Positions 10,104 through 18,824 of a stretch of 64,000 nt of DNA are shown here, in pieces; within the stretch, counting starts at the first letter, position 1; each line of letters begins with the position of its first letter. This DNA is from Candidatus Latescibacterota bacterium (lineage in GTDB: Bacteria > Latescibacterota > UBA2968 > UBA8231): NCBI GenBank assembly GCA_965217585.1, contig OZ244561.1, positions 2,944,001-3,008,000 of the forward strand. The letters run 5' to 3'. The translations under genes were made by a program, and so were the position numbers. A model generated the notes under the pieces. That model was not told the origin of the DNA. It did not search any database and saw only the letters and a list, made by a program, of their open reading frames with translations.

Positions 10104-12062
10104 ATGGAGCGCAAAATTTACGCCTTTGGCATGGACGGCTTTATCGTCCCAATGATGAAGCGATTCGCCGCGGAAGGGGCCTTGCCCCACTTCGAGCGCC
10201 TGCTGCGCGAGGGGACGGTCAACCAGACCCTGCCCTCCTTCCCAGTGTGGACTCCGACCAACTGGGCCACCCTTTCGACGGGGGCGCACACGGGCACGCA
10301 CGGGGTGACGCGCTGGCGGGTGGAAGTCGCGCCGGGCCAGCGGATCGACAGTTTCGACGGGCGGGCCAACAATGCCGAGCGCATCTGGAATGCCTTGGAG
10401 CGGGCGGGCATGCAGAGCGTGGCCGTACACTATCCAGCGGCCCATCCTTCCGGGGTAGAGACGGGTTTTGTCGTCGATGGCTTTGGCCACCCCGGACACC
10501 AAAGCACGGATTTTGAAGTGGCCACCTGCCAAGCCTACACCACGGAGGCCGCGCTAGAGGAAGCTATTGAGATGGACCACGACGGCACGGCCGTGCGGCA
10601 AGCCCAGAGCAGCGTCGAGCCGATCCCGCCTCTAAAGGCGGCGCAAGGGTGGCGGAACCTACCCGAAAGTCATGCCCCACCGTTGGAAAGCCGCATTGAG
10701 GTAGTGGCTCGGTTGGGTGGGGATGTCACCGCATTTCACCTGCTGGCGGTGGACAGTGCGGGGAAGGGCTACGACCGGGTGCTGGTGTGTCGGGACCGGG
10801 ACGGAGCTAGTTGCATAGCCGTTGCCGGGGTAGGGGAATGGAGCGAGTGGGTGGTGGAGGACTTTGCCATCGACGGGAACAGACGCTCGGCTTCGGTGCG
10901 CTTCAAGCTGATGGAACTGGCAGCGGACGGCAGCCAGCTCAAGCTCTACCGCACTCAGGTGACCTATACCGACGGCTTTACTCTGCCCGACGAGTTGGCC
11001 GGGGAACTGGTGGAGCGCTTTGGGCCGTATCAGGAACACGCCTCTATGTTGCCCTATACCGCGGGGATGGCCGATTTTGACACGGCCTTGGAAGAATGCG
11101 AGTACCAGGGGATGTGGTTTGCCGAGGTCGCTCGCTATATGCTGCGCGAGCGAGGCTGTTCCTTTTTTCTTTGCCACTGGCATCTGTACGACTATCTCAA
11201 CCACATCCATCTCGGGGACGTGGATCCCGTGTGCCCGGGGTATGCCGCCGAGCGTGCCGAACAGTACTTGGACTATTTTCGGCGGGCCTATCAGGTGGGG
11301 GACCGCATTTTGGGGCGGCTGTGGGAGGATGAGGATGAGCATACGTACGTGGGCGTGGTGTCCGACCACGGGTGCTCGCCCGATGTGCGGGTGGCCAATA
11401 TCCGGCAGTTTTTGCACGAGCAGGGCTTTCTGGCACTCAAGGGCGGGAAAGAGGCGCTGGTGCGCGATCAAGTGCGCGAGGAAGATATCGACTGGGAGCG
11501 CACCCGGGCCTATATGAAGGACGACAAGGGGTTTGACATTTTCATCAACGCCGAGTTAGGGCCGGAATTCGACCGCATTGAGGCCGAATTGCTGCTAGCC
11601 CTGCGCACTTGGGTTGACCAGGAAGTGGGGCGCAATCCAGTGGCCTTGGCCCTGCCTCGGCGGGACGCGTACATCCTCGGCCAGTGGGGCGACCAGTGCG
11701 GCGATGTGGTCTTTGCTTGGGACCACGGGTACGTGAGCGGGTACTATGGGCAGTGGCGGGGCATTGCGGGCGGGGGCTGTGTTGGAGCGCCCAATGTGTA
11801 CGGGGCACACCACGGAGGGTTTCTGCCGACCCAGAGCCAGACCTCGTCCAGCTTTGGCTCGTGGTTGCTGGCCGGGACGGGGGTGAAGCGGGGCTACGAG
11901 CGGCCGGTGGAGAAGCTGGGGTACATCCATGCCGCCGACGTCGTGCCCACCTTCTGCCAGATACTGGGGGCCGAGCCGCCTCGCCAGGCGCAGGGGACGG
12001 TGGCGCGGGATTTGTTTGAAGGGCACGAGATGGTCAGGGAGCGGGATCCTGGCCGGTCCTGA
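10104..12062 (+). CDS. Alkaline phosphatase superfamily / type I phosphodiesterase-nucleotide pyrophosphatase
   Basis: FGMDG, WTPTNWATLSTG...HG, VSDHG, GAHHGG and AADVVPT motifs; GAGGAG RBS. Confidence 0.88.
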   Translation: MERKIYAFGMDGFIVPMMKRFAAEGALPHFERLLREGTVNQTLPSFPVWTPTNWATLSTGAHTGTHGVTRWRVEVAPGQRIDSFDGRANNAERIWNALERAGMQSVAVHYPAAHPSGVETGFVVDGFGHPGHQSTDFEVATCQAYTTEAALEEAIEMDHDGTAVRQAQSSVEPIPPLKAAQGWRNLPESHAPPLESRIEVVARLGGDVTAFHLLAVDSAGKGYDRVLVCRDRDGASCIAVAGVGEWSEWVVEDFAIDGNRRSASVRFKLMELAADGSQLKLYRTQVTYTDGFTLPDELAGELVERFGPYQEHASMLPYTAGMADFDTALEECEYQGMWFAEVARYMLRERGCSFFLCHWHLYDYLNHIHLGDVDPVCPGYAAERAEQYLDYFRRAYQVGDRILGRLWEDEDEHTYVGVVSDHGCSPDVRVANIRQFLHEQGFLALKGGKEALVRDQVREEDIDWERTRAYMKDDKGFDIFINAELGPEFDRIEAELLLALRTWVDQEVGRNPVALALPRRDAYILGQWGDQCGDVVFAWDHGYVSGYYGQWRGIAGGGCVGAPNVYGAHHGGFLPTQSQTSSSFGSWLLAGTGVKRGYERPVEKLGYIHAADVVPTFCQILGAEPPRQAQGTVARDLFEGHEMVRERDPGRS

Positions 12063-12189
12063 TGCCCCAGACCGTTCCAACTTCGGCGGCTAAAATTCAA
12101 GGACGGCGTTGTAATCCTCACAACAGCGTGCACGCACGCACAACAAAAGGTGCAGGCTCAAAAGCACCGAGAAAAGTGGGAGAACGGAG

Positions 12190-13167
12190 ATGAGTGAGAC
12201 AACGCCAATGGAAAAGCACGTGCTGGTGTGCGACTGGGTGTCCGAAGACCTCGATCCGGAAAGGGAACGGCTCGGGCGGGCGGGGATTGCGCTCTCCTCT
12301 TCGGGAATCGCGATCACCGATTCAGTGGATGAAAAGCGGTGCAAACTGAAGCAGGCGATCGCATTGACCCCCCGCATCGACGCGCTGATGTTCTGCATCG
12401 CCCCGGTAGACGCGGAGATCATCGGCCTGCTCCCCGGTAGCTGTAAACTGCTGCAGCGATATGGCACGGGTCTCGACAACGTCGACCTGGAAGCGGCCGT
12501 CGAACGCGGCATGAGCGTCCGCAATACGCCGCAGTACTGCGTCGAGGAAGTGGCGGTCCACGCCATGGGCATGTCCCTGGCCCTGCACCGCCAGCTTGGA
12601 TCGACGCAGGAGCGGCTGCTGCGCGGGGAGTGGTCGCTGAAACCGTCGGCTCCCATCCGGCGGTTGAGCAGGCTGAGGCTGGGAGTGCTGGGATTCGGCC
12701 GCATCGGCCGCAAGTTGGGCGAACTGATGCGGCCCTTGGTGCGGGACGTGGTCTATTTCGACGAAGTGGAGGCCGATGGGATCAACTGGGCCACGCGGAT
12801 CGGGCGGGAAGAACTGCTGCGAACGGCGGATCTGGTTTCGCTGCACCTGCCGCTGACGCCCCAGACGCGCTGTATCATCAACGCCGAGACCCTGGCAATG
12901 ATGAAGAAGTCCGCCCTGTTGGTCAACGTGGCGCGCGGCGCCCTGGTCGACTCCGAGGCGTTGGCCGCGGCCCTGAACGAGGGACGGCTCGGCGGTGCCG
13001 GCCTGGACGTCTTCGAACCGGAGATCCTTCCCGGCGACTCCCCGCTGCGGACGGCGGCGAATATCCTGCTGACGAGCCATACGGCCTGGTATAGCGAGGA
13101 TTCGGTTCAGGACGCGCGGGTCGAGGCCGTGGAGAGTGTCATAGAAGTTCTCGGCGAAGGGAAGTAG
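12190..13167 (+). CDS. D-2-hydroxyacid dehydrogenase (CtBP/SerA-like)
   Basis: RYGTGLDNVD, GFGRIG, SLHLPLT, VNVARG, LDVFEPE and SHTAW motifs. Confidence 0.92.
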   Translation: MSETTPMEKHVLVCDWVSEDLDPERERLGRAGIALSSSGIAITDSVDEKRCKLKQAIALTPRIDALMFCIAPVDAEIIGLLPGSCKLLQRYGTGLDNVDLEAAVERGMSVRNTPQYCVEEVAVHAMGMSLALHRQLGSTQERLLRGEWSLKPSAPIRRLSRLRLGVLGFGRIGRKLGELMRPLVRDVVYFDEVEADGINWATRIGREELLRTADLVSLHLPLTPQTRCIINAETLAMMKKSALLVNVARGALVDSEALAAALNEGRLGGAGLDVFEPEILPGDSPLRTAANILLTSHTAWYSEDSVQDARVEAVESVIEVLGEGK

Positions 13168-13284
13168 GTGCCAGGCTCACCCGACTACACCCCCGGCCTC
13201 GCCGAGCGCGGCTTCGACGAGGCGGCCCTAACGAGCATCCTGGGCGGCAACCACCTGCGCCTGCTCAAAGCCGTGATCGGGTGA
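13168..13284 (+). pseudogene. C-terminal remnant of a membrane dipeptidase (M19)/amidohydrolase
   Basis: GLAERGFDEAALTSILGGNHLRLLKAVIG* is the typical M19 C-terminus; the N-terminal part is absent. Confidence 0.65.
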
Positions 13285-13315
13285 AGTGTGCGGGTGCCGG
13301 GCACCTTACTGCGGA

Positions 13316-13552
13316 TCAAAATAAATGCCCTACTGGAATTACCTCATTGCGTTTAGCTGCTTTCTTGCCCGTGGCTATTTCGTGCACTACATGAAGGATA
13401 TCGGCGGAATAATACCGATTGCCGCACGAATCGCAGACGCCTATCGCGACATCTTCCAGAATCACAAACCTATTTTTGTGCTTGAACGCCTCATGCGCGA
13501 CAAGACGTGGTTTAACCGTTCCGTCGCAGTATTCGCAATTGTATCCGTACAT
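13316..13552 (-). CDS. YgiT-type (MqsA-like) zinc finger protein, putative antitoxin
   Basis: MYGYNCEYC...CDSCGNRYYS with two CxxC motifs; start at 13552 just after the DUF4258 gene. Confidence 0.82.
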   Translation of the reverse strand: MYGYNCEYCDGTVKPRLVAHEAFKHKNRFVILEDVAIGVCDSCGNRYYSADILHVVHEIATGKKAAKRNEVIPVGHLF

Positions 13553-13557
13553 GGTCC

Positions 13558-13854
13558 TTATTCCTTGAGTTCGGTGACTTCGTAGACCGTAATAATCAGG
13601 AAGCGGTCGTTTCCAGTAAAACGCCCGACAACACCGACTGGCGTCTTCTGATCGACAGCCATGCCTTCTATGATGTACTTCGTTCCTCTCGGATCGTCCC
13701 TTTCCATACGGACAATTTGTCCATTCCATACCGCTGTCTCGACATCGACAATATCCAGTAAATCCTCGGCCATCTCCTCCATAGCGTGAGCGGACATATC
13801 GTATTGGCGCGCCCGGATCTTGTCTCTTATGCGCTCTATGAGGCTCAGCGACAA
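13558..13854 (-). CDS. DUF4258 family protein, putative RelE-like toxin
   Basis: SAHAMEEM, DPRGTKYIIEG and IITVYE motifs; paired with the YgiT zinc finger. Confidence 0.8.
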   Translation of the reverse strand: MSLSLIERIRDKIRARQYDMSAHAMEEMAEDLLDIVDVETAVWNGQIVRMERDDPRGTKYIIEGMAVDQKTPVGVVGRFTGNDRFLIITVYEVTELKE

Positions 13855-14180
13855 GCAGGTCCTCCCCTCTCCCTTGTGACATATAACTTAGATTATTCTT
13901 GGCCTGTCTCCAAGCAGATCTCCTTGAGGTGGGCACGGCGCGCTCCGCGGCCAGGGCGCTTGACAAAGCGCCTTTTTGGCGGGTATCTAGGGCGCTGTCA
14001 ATGGATGGAAACCCACAAATCCCTGGAAATCGGCCGCCCTGGCCAGCCGAATCCACGGAAACGCGGACCTGTGCTGGTGTGGACGGTGGCGCGGGATTTG
14101 TTTGAGGGACACGAAATGGTCCGGGAGCGGGCGGCTAGCCGCGAATGGAGCGATCAGTAACACCTACTTGAGGAGGAACC

Positions 14181-15065
14181 ATGGACAATTTGACTAAACG
14201 CACCTTGGGTCGCACGGGCCTCGAGGTCACGCAACTCGGCTTTGGAGCGGCTGAGCGCGGCCTGCCGGATGAAGCGGAGTACGACGATCAGGCGGGTAGC
14301 GTATTGAATGCAGCCCTCGATGCGGGGATCAACCTCGTTGACACAGCCCCGGATTACGGCGCGAGCGAGGAGCGGGTCGGCAAGTATCTCAGCCATCGCC
14401 GCGACGAGTTTTTTCTAGCTACTAAATGTGGCTGCAACATCGACGAGGAGGGCAACAGACTGGAGCCGGGCCACTTGTGGACGGCCGAGCGCTTGCGCAC
14501 CAACATCGACCAGAGTCTGCGTCGCCTGAAGACCGACTGCGTAGATCTGCTACAGATGCACAATCCCACCGTGGAAGACGTTGAAATAGGAGGGCTGATC
14601 GAAGTGCTTGAGGATATCCGACAGGCGGGAAAGACCCGTTTCATCGGCGTGTCTTCCACGCTGCCGCATCTGGCCGCATTCGTGGAGTCGGGTGCGTTTG
14701 ATGCGTTTCAGATCCCCTATTCGGCTCTTGAGCGCCAGCACGAAAGGACGATTCAGGAAGCGGCCGACGCCGGAGCTGGCATTCTCATTCGCGGTGGTAT
14801 TAGCCTGGGACACCGGGCCAATGAGGAGCGCCAGTCGAAATGGGAGCAGGCGGGGCTCGACGAACTGATCGGCGGGATGAGTCGTCACGAATTTGTCCTG
14901 CGCTTCACCCTCGCCCATCCAGCGTGTCACACGACGATTGTCGGCACGACGAACCTCGAGCACATGAAGGCCAATGTCGCTGCGGCCTTGGCGGGTCCAC
15001 TGCCTGCGGATCTCTACGCGGAGACAAAGGCTAGGCTGGCGAGTATTGGCGAGGAGCCGGAGTAG
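14181..15065 (+). CDS. Aldo/keto reductase
   Basis: RTLGRTG, DTAPDYG, ATKCG, SLRRLKTDCVDLLQMH motifs; GAGGAGG RBS. Confidence 0.93.
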   Translation: MDNLTKRTLGRTGLEVTQLGFGAAERGLPDEAEYDDQAGSVLNAALDAGINLVDTAPDYGASEERVGKYLSHRRDEFFLATKCGCNIDEEGNRLEPGHLWTAERLRTNIDQSLRRLKTDCVDLLQMHNPTVEDVEIGGLIEVLEDIRQAGKTRFIGVSSTLPHLAAFVESGAFDAFQIPYSALERQHERTIQEAADAGAGILIRGGISLGHRANEERQSKWEQAGLDELIGGMSRHEFVLRFTLAHPACHTTIVGTTNLEHMKANVAAALAGPLPADLYAETKARLASIGEEPE

Positions 15066-15097
15066 CTTGAGAAGCCGACACAAGGATGAGGCAGCCC

Positions 15098-15865
15098 CTA
15101 ACTGAGCATGGCGCGTTCTTCGTCGCTCATGTCGAGGATGTAATCGGGGGCTTGCGTCCGATGGTAGCCGGGCGCGTGGGCTTGGAAAGAGGGACTGTAC
15201 TTGTAGATCAGTGAGCGGCGCTGGTGTTCGCCCTGCCATACCAGCGTGCCGTGGGTCAGTGCTTCGGTGAAGACAAGGGCGTCGCCGGCTTGGCTGTGGA
15301 CCTCTTTGACGTACTCGCGGTGTTCTTCGTACAGGGACAGCTTCTCGGGCAGGGGAAAATTGGCTTTGTGGGACCCGGGTATGACCGCTAGGCCACCGTC
15401 GCCGGGGCCTTCGTCGGCTAGCTGGAATTCGACCACGGTCAAACCGCAAAACATCTGGCCAAATTTGAAGGTGTAGGTCTGCGAGAAATCTTGGCGCTCA
15501 ACGCCGCCGCCGTGTAGAAAGTGGCCACCGTCGCCTTTGTCCATGGCAATGAGCAAGGGACCGTGATCTAGGCGGTAGCCGCCGAGCAGTTCGTTGAGAT
15601 AGGGCTGGATCACGGCGTGGACGAGTAGGTCGCGAAAAGGCTCGCAGTGCGGGCGTTCCCATTCCAACATGCCCTCCATCCACTTTTGCTTGTCCGTGCC
15701 GCCGAGGACCTTGGAGTTTCCTTCGAGGGTGCGCTCGGTCTGGAAAAAGCGATCGACGTGGGCGTCGATGGCGGCGTTGCAGCGGTCCACTTCCTCCTCG
15801 CTCAGCACCCCCTTGAGGTGGACGAAGCCTTTGAGGTCGAAGAAGAATTTATCGTCGTCGTTCAC
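15098..15865 (-). CDS. PhyH-family Fe(II)/2OG oxygenase (H-x-G variant)
   Basis: FFDLKGF, LHGGG, GGLAVIPGSHK and GDALVFTEALTHG motifs. Confidence 0.85.
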   Translation of the reverse strand: MNDDDKFFFDLKGFVHLKGVLSEEEVDRCNAAIDAHVDRFFQTERTLEGNSKVLGGTDKQKWMEGMLEWERPHCEPFRDLLVHAVIQPYLNELLGGYRLDHGPLLIAMDKGDGGHFLHGGGVERQDFSQTYTFKFGQMFCGLTVVEFQLADEGPGDGGLAVIPGSHKANFPLPEKLSLYEEHREYVKEVHSQAGDALVFTEALTHGTLVWQGEHQRRSLIYKYSPSFQAHAPGYHRTQAPDYILDMSDEERAMLS

Positions 15866-15883
15866 AGGTCTTTGGGTTCGCTT

Positions 15884-16660
15884 TTAGTGTGGTGGCCGGA
15901 GGACGGCTTGTTGCTCTGGCGTCATGTCCCGGACGTAGGGGGGATACGATATCTCGGAGATAGAGGGGACGAGGGTTTGGTAGCGCGGGCAGTAGGAGTA
16001 GAGCAGGGTGCGGCGCTGGTGGTCCGCTCGCCAGACTAGGGTGCCGTGAATGGTGGTTTCGGCGAAGATCACGACATCGCCGGTGCGCACGTTGACTTCG
16101 ACGACTTCGTCTTGGAAAGCCTCGCAATCGCGCAGCGCTTCGGGGATCGGATAGTTGGCTTTATGGCCGCCGGGGACTACGGCCAAGCCGCCGTCGCCGG
16201 GGCCTTCGTCGGCCAGCGGGAATTCCACTAGAGTCAGGCTGTTGTAGATCTTGCCGAATTTCCAGTGATAGGTCAGCGAATAGGACAGCCGATCGAGTTG
16301 GCCGCCGTGGAGGTAGTGACCGGCGCAGCCTTTGTCCATCACAATTAGTCGTGGCCGCGTGGCCATGTGATAGTCGCCTATTATTTCGCGCAAGTATGGT
16401 TTGAGGCGGGGGTGTACCATCAATTGGCGGAAGGGCTCGCAGTAGGGTCGCTCCCAGGCAACCATCTCATCACTCCAGCGCTGGCGGATGTCGCTGGTCA
16501 GGGCCTTGGACTCGCCTTCGAAGCGGCGCTCGTGGACCTCGATTTGGTCGTCGTAGTGATCGATGGCCTCGTTGCAGCGGCGGATGGTGTCTGGATCGAC
16601 GACATCTCTGAGGATGAGGTAGCCGTTGAGGTCGAAGAAATACTTTTCGTCGTCTGTCAT
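15884..16660 (-). CDS. PhyH-family Fe(II)/2OG oxygenase (H-x-G variant), tandem paralogue
   Basis: MTDDEKYFFDLNGY start at 16660. LHGGQ, GGLAVVPGGHK and FAETTIHG motifs; clearly similar to its neighbour. Confidence 0.85.
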   Translation of the reverse strand: MTDDEKYFFDLNGYLILRDVVDPDTIRRCNEAIDHYDDQIEVHERRFEGESKALTSDIRQRWSDEMVAWERPYCEPFRQLMVHPRLKPYLREIIGDYHMATRPRLIVMDKGCAGHYLHGGQLDRLSYSLTYHWKFGKIYNSLTLVEFPLADEGPGDGGLAVVPGGHKANYPIPEALRDCEAFQDEVVEVNVRTGDVVIFAETTIHGTLVWRADHQRRTLLYSYCPRYQTLVPSISEISYPPYVRDMTPEQQAVLRPPH

Positions 16661-16730
16661 ACGCCAATTTCCCGTAAACAGTGGGCCTAGGAAGGTGGAC
16701 GATGACGCCGCGGTACGCAACTCCGGGACT

Positions 16731-17222
16731 TCACTCCGGCGCTGGTTTCGAGCTGTCCAGTGCTTCTTGGAGAGCGGCGGTTAGGACCTCGGGCTCGTCC
16801 GTGCCGATGCGACAGGTCTTGCCGCTCTTCATTTTCAGTTCCACTGCCTCCTGTCCTGAGACATTGTAGAGCCAGCCGTAGGGTGTCAGGCGGATGCCCC
16901 AGCCGTAGAGCGAGGGGTTGCTCACCGGCCGGCAGGTGTCGATCTGATCGAGGGGGAAGCGCTTGCGGATCAGGCCGATGCCAAAGCGGATGCGGAGGTG
17001 TTCGGCGTCGATCTCGACCGTTAGGCTGGCGAACAGAGCCAAGACTATGGCGAAGAATACCACTATGCTGCCTAGCAGCGTGATAGTGGCTATTTCGACC
17101 ACCCACGCGGACGCGGGCAAGACGGTCAGCGATATGGCGACCGAGGCGATGACGGCGGCGATGACCGTGCCGATGGCGACGACGATGACCGCGCCGAACT
17201 GGGTGTGGCGATAGGCGTTCAC
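16731..17222 (-). CDS. Small membrane protein (two TM helices plus a PH-like domain)
   Basis: GTG start overlaps the upstream stop. YRHTQFG, YGWGIR and IGTDEP motifs. Confidence 0.7.
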   Translation of the reverse strand: MNAYRHTQFGAVIVVAIGTVIAAVIASVAISLTVLPASAWVVEIATITLLGSIVVFFAIVLALFASLTVEIDAEHLRIRFGIGLIRKRFPLDQIDTCRPVSNPSLYGWGIRLTPYGWLYNVSGQEAVELKMKSGKTCRIGTDEPEVLTAALQEALDSSKPAPE

Positions 17223-18205
17223 AGCATCTGTTCCTGCCAGGGTTTGATCCACAGGCCCACCAACTTGCCGTCTTGGTCGAGGACGACGCGCACCTCGGGT
17301 GATGCGGTACTGTACCGGCCCCTGAAGCGGTGGATCAGCAGGTGCGGTTGGCCCTCTATGGACCGGGTCTCGACGAAGTCTAGGCCCTCAAAGGTGCCGA
17401 AGAGCTGCCGAATTTGTTGGTAGCTGTGGCGCTGGACTTCTGCGGTGAAAGCCTTGCGAAAGCTCTCAGTGGCCTCTGGCCCCAAGGCTTCAAAGCGACC
17501 CTGCTCGTGGGCTTGGAGGATCTGGGTGGCCAGTTGCTCAGCCAGATGGTGTTGTTCGGACTGGACGGGTGGGCTGGCAACGGTCTGGGGAGTTGCGGTC
17601 CCTGGCAGCAGGCGTCCCGCCGCTCCGGTGGCGACCTCGCCTAGGGCAATGGCGGCGATGAATACGGCAATGGCCCGACCACCGGCGACATTGCACGAAA
17701 TAGCAAAGGCGCGGTACATCAGTAGTACCATCCAGACCAGCAGCAGTATCAGCACTATGCCTACCGAACTGAGGAGGGCAAGCTGCGCGATAGAGAAATC
17801 CGAGATGCTCTCGGTGACCAAAGACGTGGCGATGCTGCGAAAGAGCGGCGACACCGCGATCAGGGCTATGAGCAGTCCGGGAGCTCGGGCTAGGGCCTGG
17901 GTGCCGAAGACGTCGATGGGGCGCACGCGGCTGCGGCTGATCAGGCGACCGCCGATGTAGAGCAGGGCACTGGGGATGGCCCAGGCCATGAGGCCCTGCG
18001 CTATAGCGTGCCAGAGCGGGGCCGGGGCCGTGCGCTGGAAGGAAATCACGCCTGTGAAGCGGAAATCGAAGATGCCGCCAAGCCAAGCAGTCAAAACAAT
18101 ACATGCTAGGCCCCAGGCTAGGGCTTGGCCGCCGGCTAGGAAGTGAAAGGGATTGAACAGCCACAGGTGCCAGGCTGAGGTCGTGCGGGTGTGGGGAGCG
18201 TCCAT
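17219..18205 (-). CDS. Membrane protein (Yip1-like TM region) with a C-terminal DUF3887-like domain
   Basis: About five TM helices; C-terminal EVRVVLDQDGKLVGLWIKPW. Confidence 0.7.
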   Translation of the reverse strand: MDAPHTRTTSAWHLWLFNPFHFLAGGQALAWGLACIVLTAWLGGIFDFRFTGVISFQRTAPAPLWHAIAQGLMAWAIPSALLYIGGRLISRSRVRPIDVFGTQALARAPGLLIALIAVSPLFRSIATSLVTESISDFSIAQLALLSSVGIVLILLLVWMVLLMYRAFAISCNVAGGRAIAVFIAAIALGEVATGAAGRLLPGTATPQTVASPPVQSEQHHLAEQLATQILQAHEQGRFEALGPEATESFRKAFTAEVQRHSYQQIRQLFGTFEGLDFVETRSIEGQPHLLIHRFRGRYSTASPEVRVVLDQDGKLVGLWIKPWQEQML

Positions 18206-18231
18206 GGGAGCTTCTTTCTATGCAATGCGCG

Positions 18232-18567
18232 TTACTCTTGCTCGGCTTTGCCGAGATCGTTCTTTGGGCTTTCCGCCTCTTCCAACGGCCCCAGTTGCTC
18301 GACGAGGGCATCGAGGCGGTTGCGCAGAGTGGGGTAGGAGACGCCGTAGAGTTTGGCCATGTGCTTGAGATTGCCGCCTATCTGGAGGAAGCGGAGCACA
18401 AAGGTCTGATCCTCTGGGGCAAGGCGGGCCAATGGTGGCAGGGCAAAGTCGCCTAGCACGGACGTATCGCACTCGGTACAGTCTAGGCGGGCGACCTGCA
18501 GGGCCGCGGAACAAGCCGGGCAATGGGTAGGCAAGCGAGGGTTCTGCATTGGATCAGTATGATTCAT
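18232..18567 (-). CDS. DUF2089 family regulator (Zn ribbon + HTH)
   Basis: CPAC...CTEC and GNLKHMAKLYGVSYPTLRNRLD motifs. Confidence 0.88.
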   Translation of the reverse strand: MNHTDPMQNPRLPTHCPACSAALQVARLDCTECDTSVLGDFALPPLARLAPEDQTFVLRFLQIGGNLKHMAKLYGVSYPTLRNRLDALVEQLGPLEEAESPKNDLGKAEQE

Positions 18568-18568
18568 T

Positions 18569-18649
18569 TTTATTCAATTAATTTTTAAATAAGTTAAAAT
18601 TATATTTTCTTTTACGCAAGAATAATTTTTAAATATGTAATTGAATAAA
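18569..18649. promoter_or_regulatory. AT-rich divergent promoter with inverted and direct repeats (putative DUF2089 operator)
   Basis: TTTATTCAATTA (18569-18580) / TAATTGAATAAA (18638-18649) form a perfect inverted repeat. TAATTTTTAAATA occurs at 18579 and 18623. Confidence 0.6.
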
Positions 18650-18824
18650 TGGCGAGTTATACGCCGTGCTCCGGAAGCAGCAGCGATTCGACAAGGGATC
18701 TGTCGCTTACCGGGAAATCCTTGCTACGAGGGTAGGTTCATGGTATCTTGCCCCTCTCTTAAGGATATCATGCCATGATTCTAATAAGTTCCTTGTAAAT
18801 TCCTTGAATCAAGGCTTTGTGGCC

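Larger units (their letters stand above)
11995..14131 (+). repeat. 51-bp imperfect direct repeat (11995-12045 and 14081-14131) duplicating the phosphodiesterase 3' end
   Basis: Both copies encode TVARDLFEGHEMVRER; the 4 mismatches are all synonymous. Confidence 0.85.

Noticed and set aside
13316-14056. 246-aa ORF
   Set aside because: Only the last 78 aa (YgiT zinc finger) look real; the rest overlaps the DUF4258 gene out of frame.
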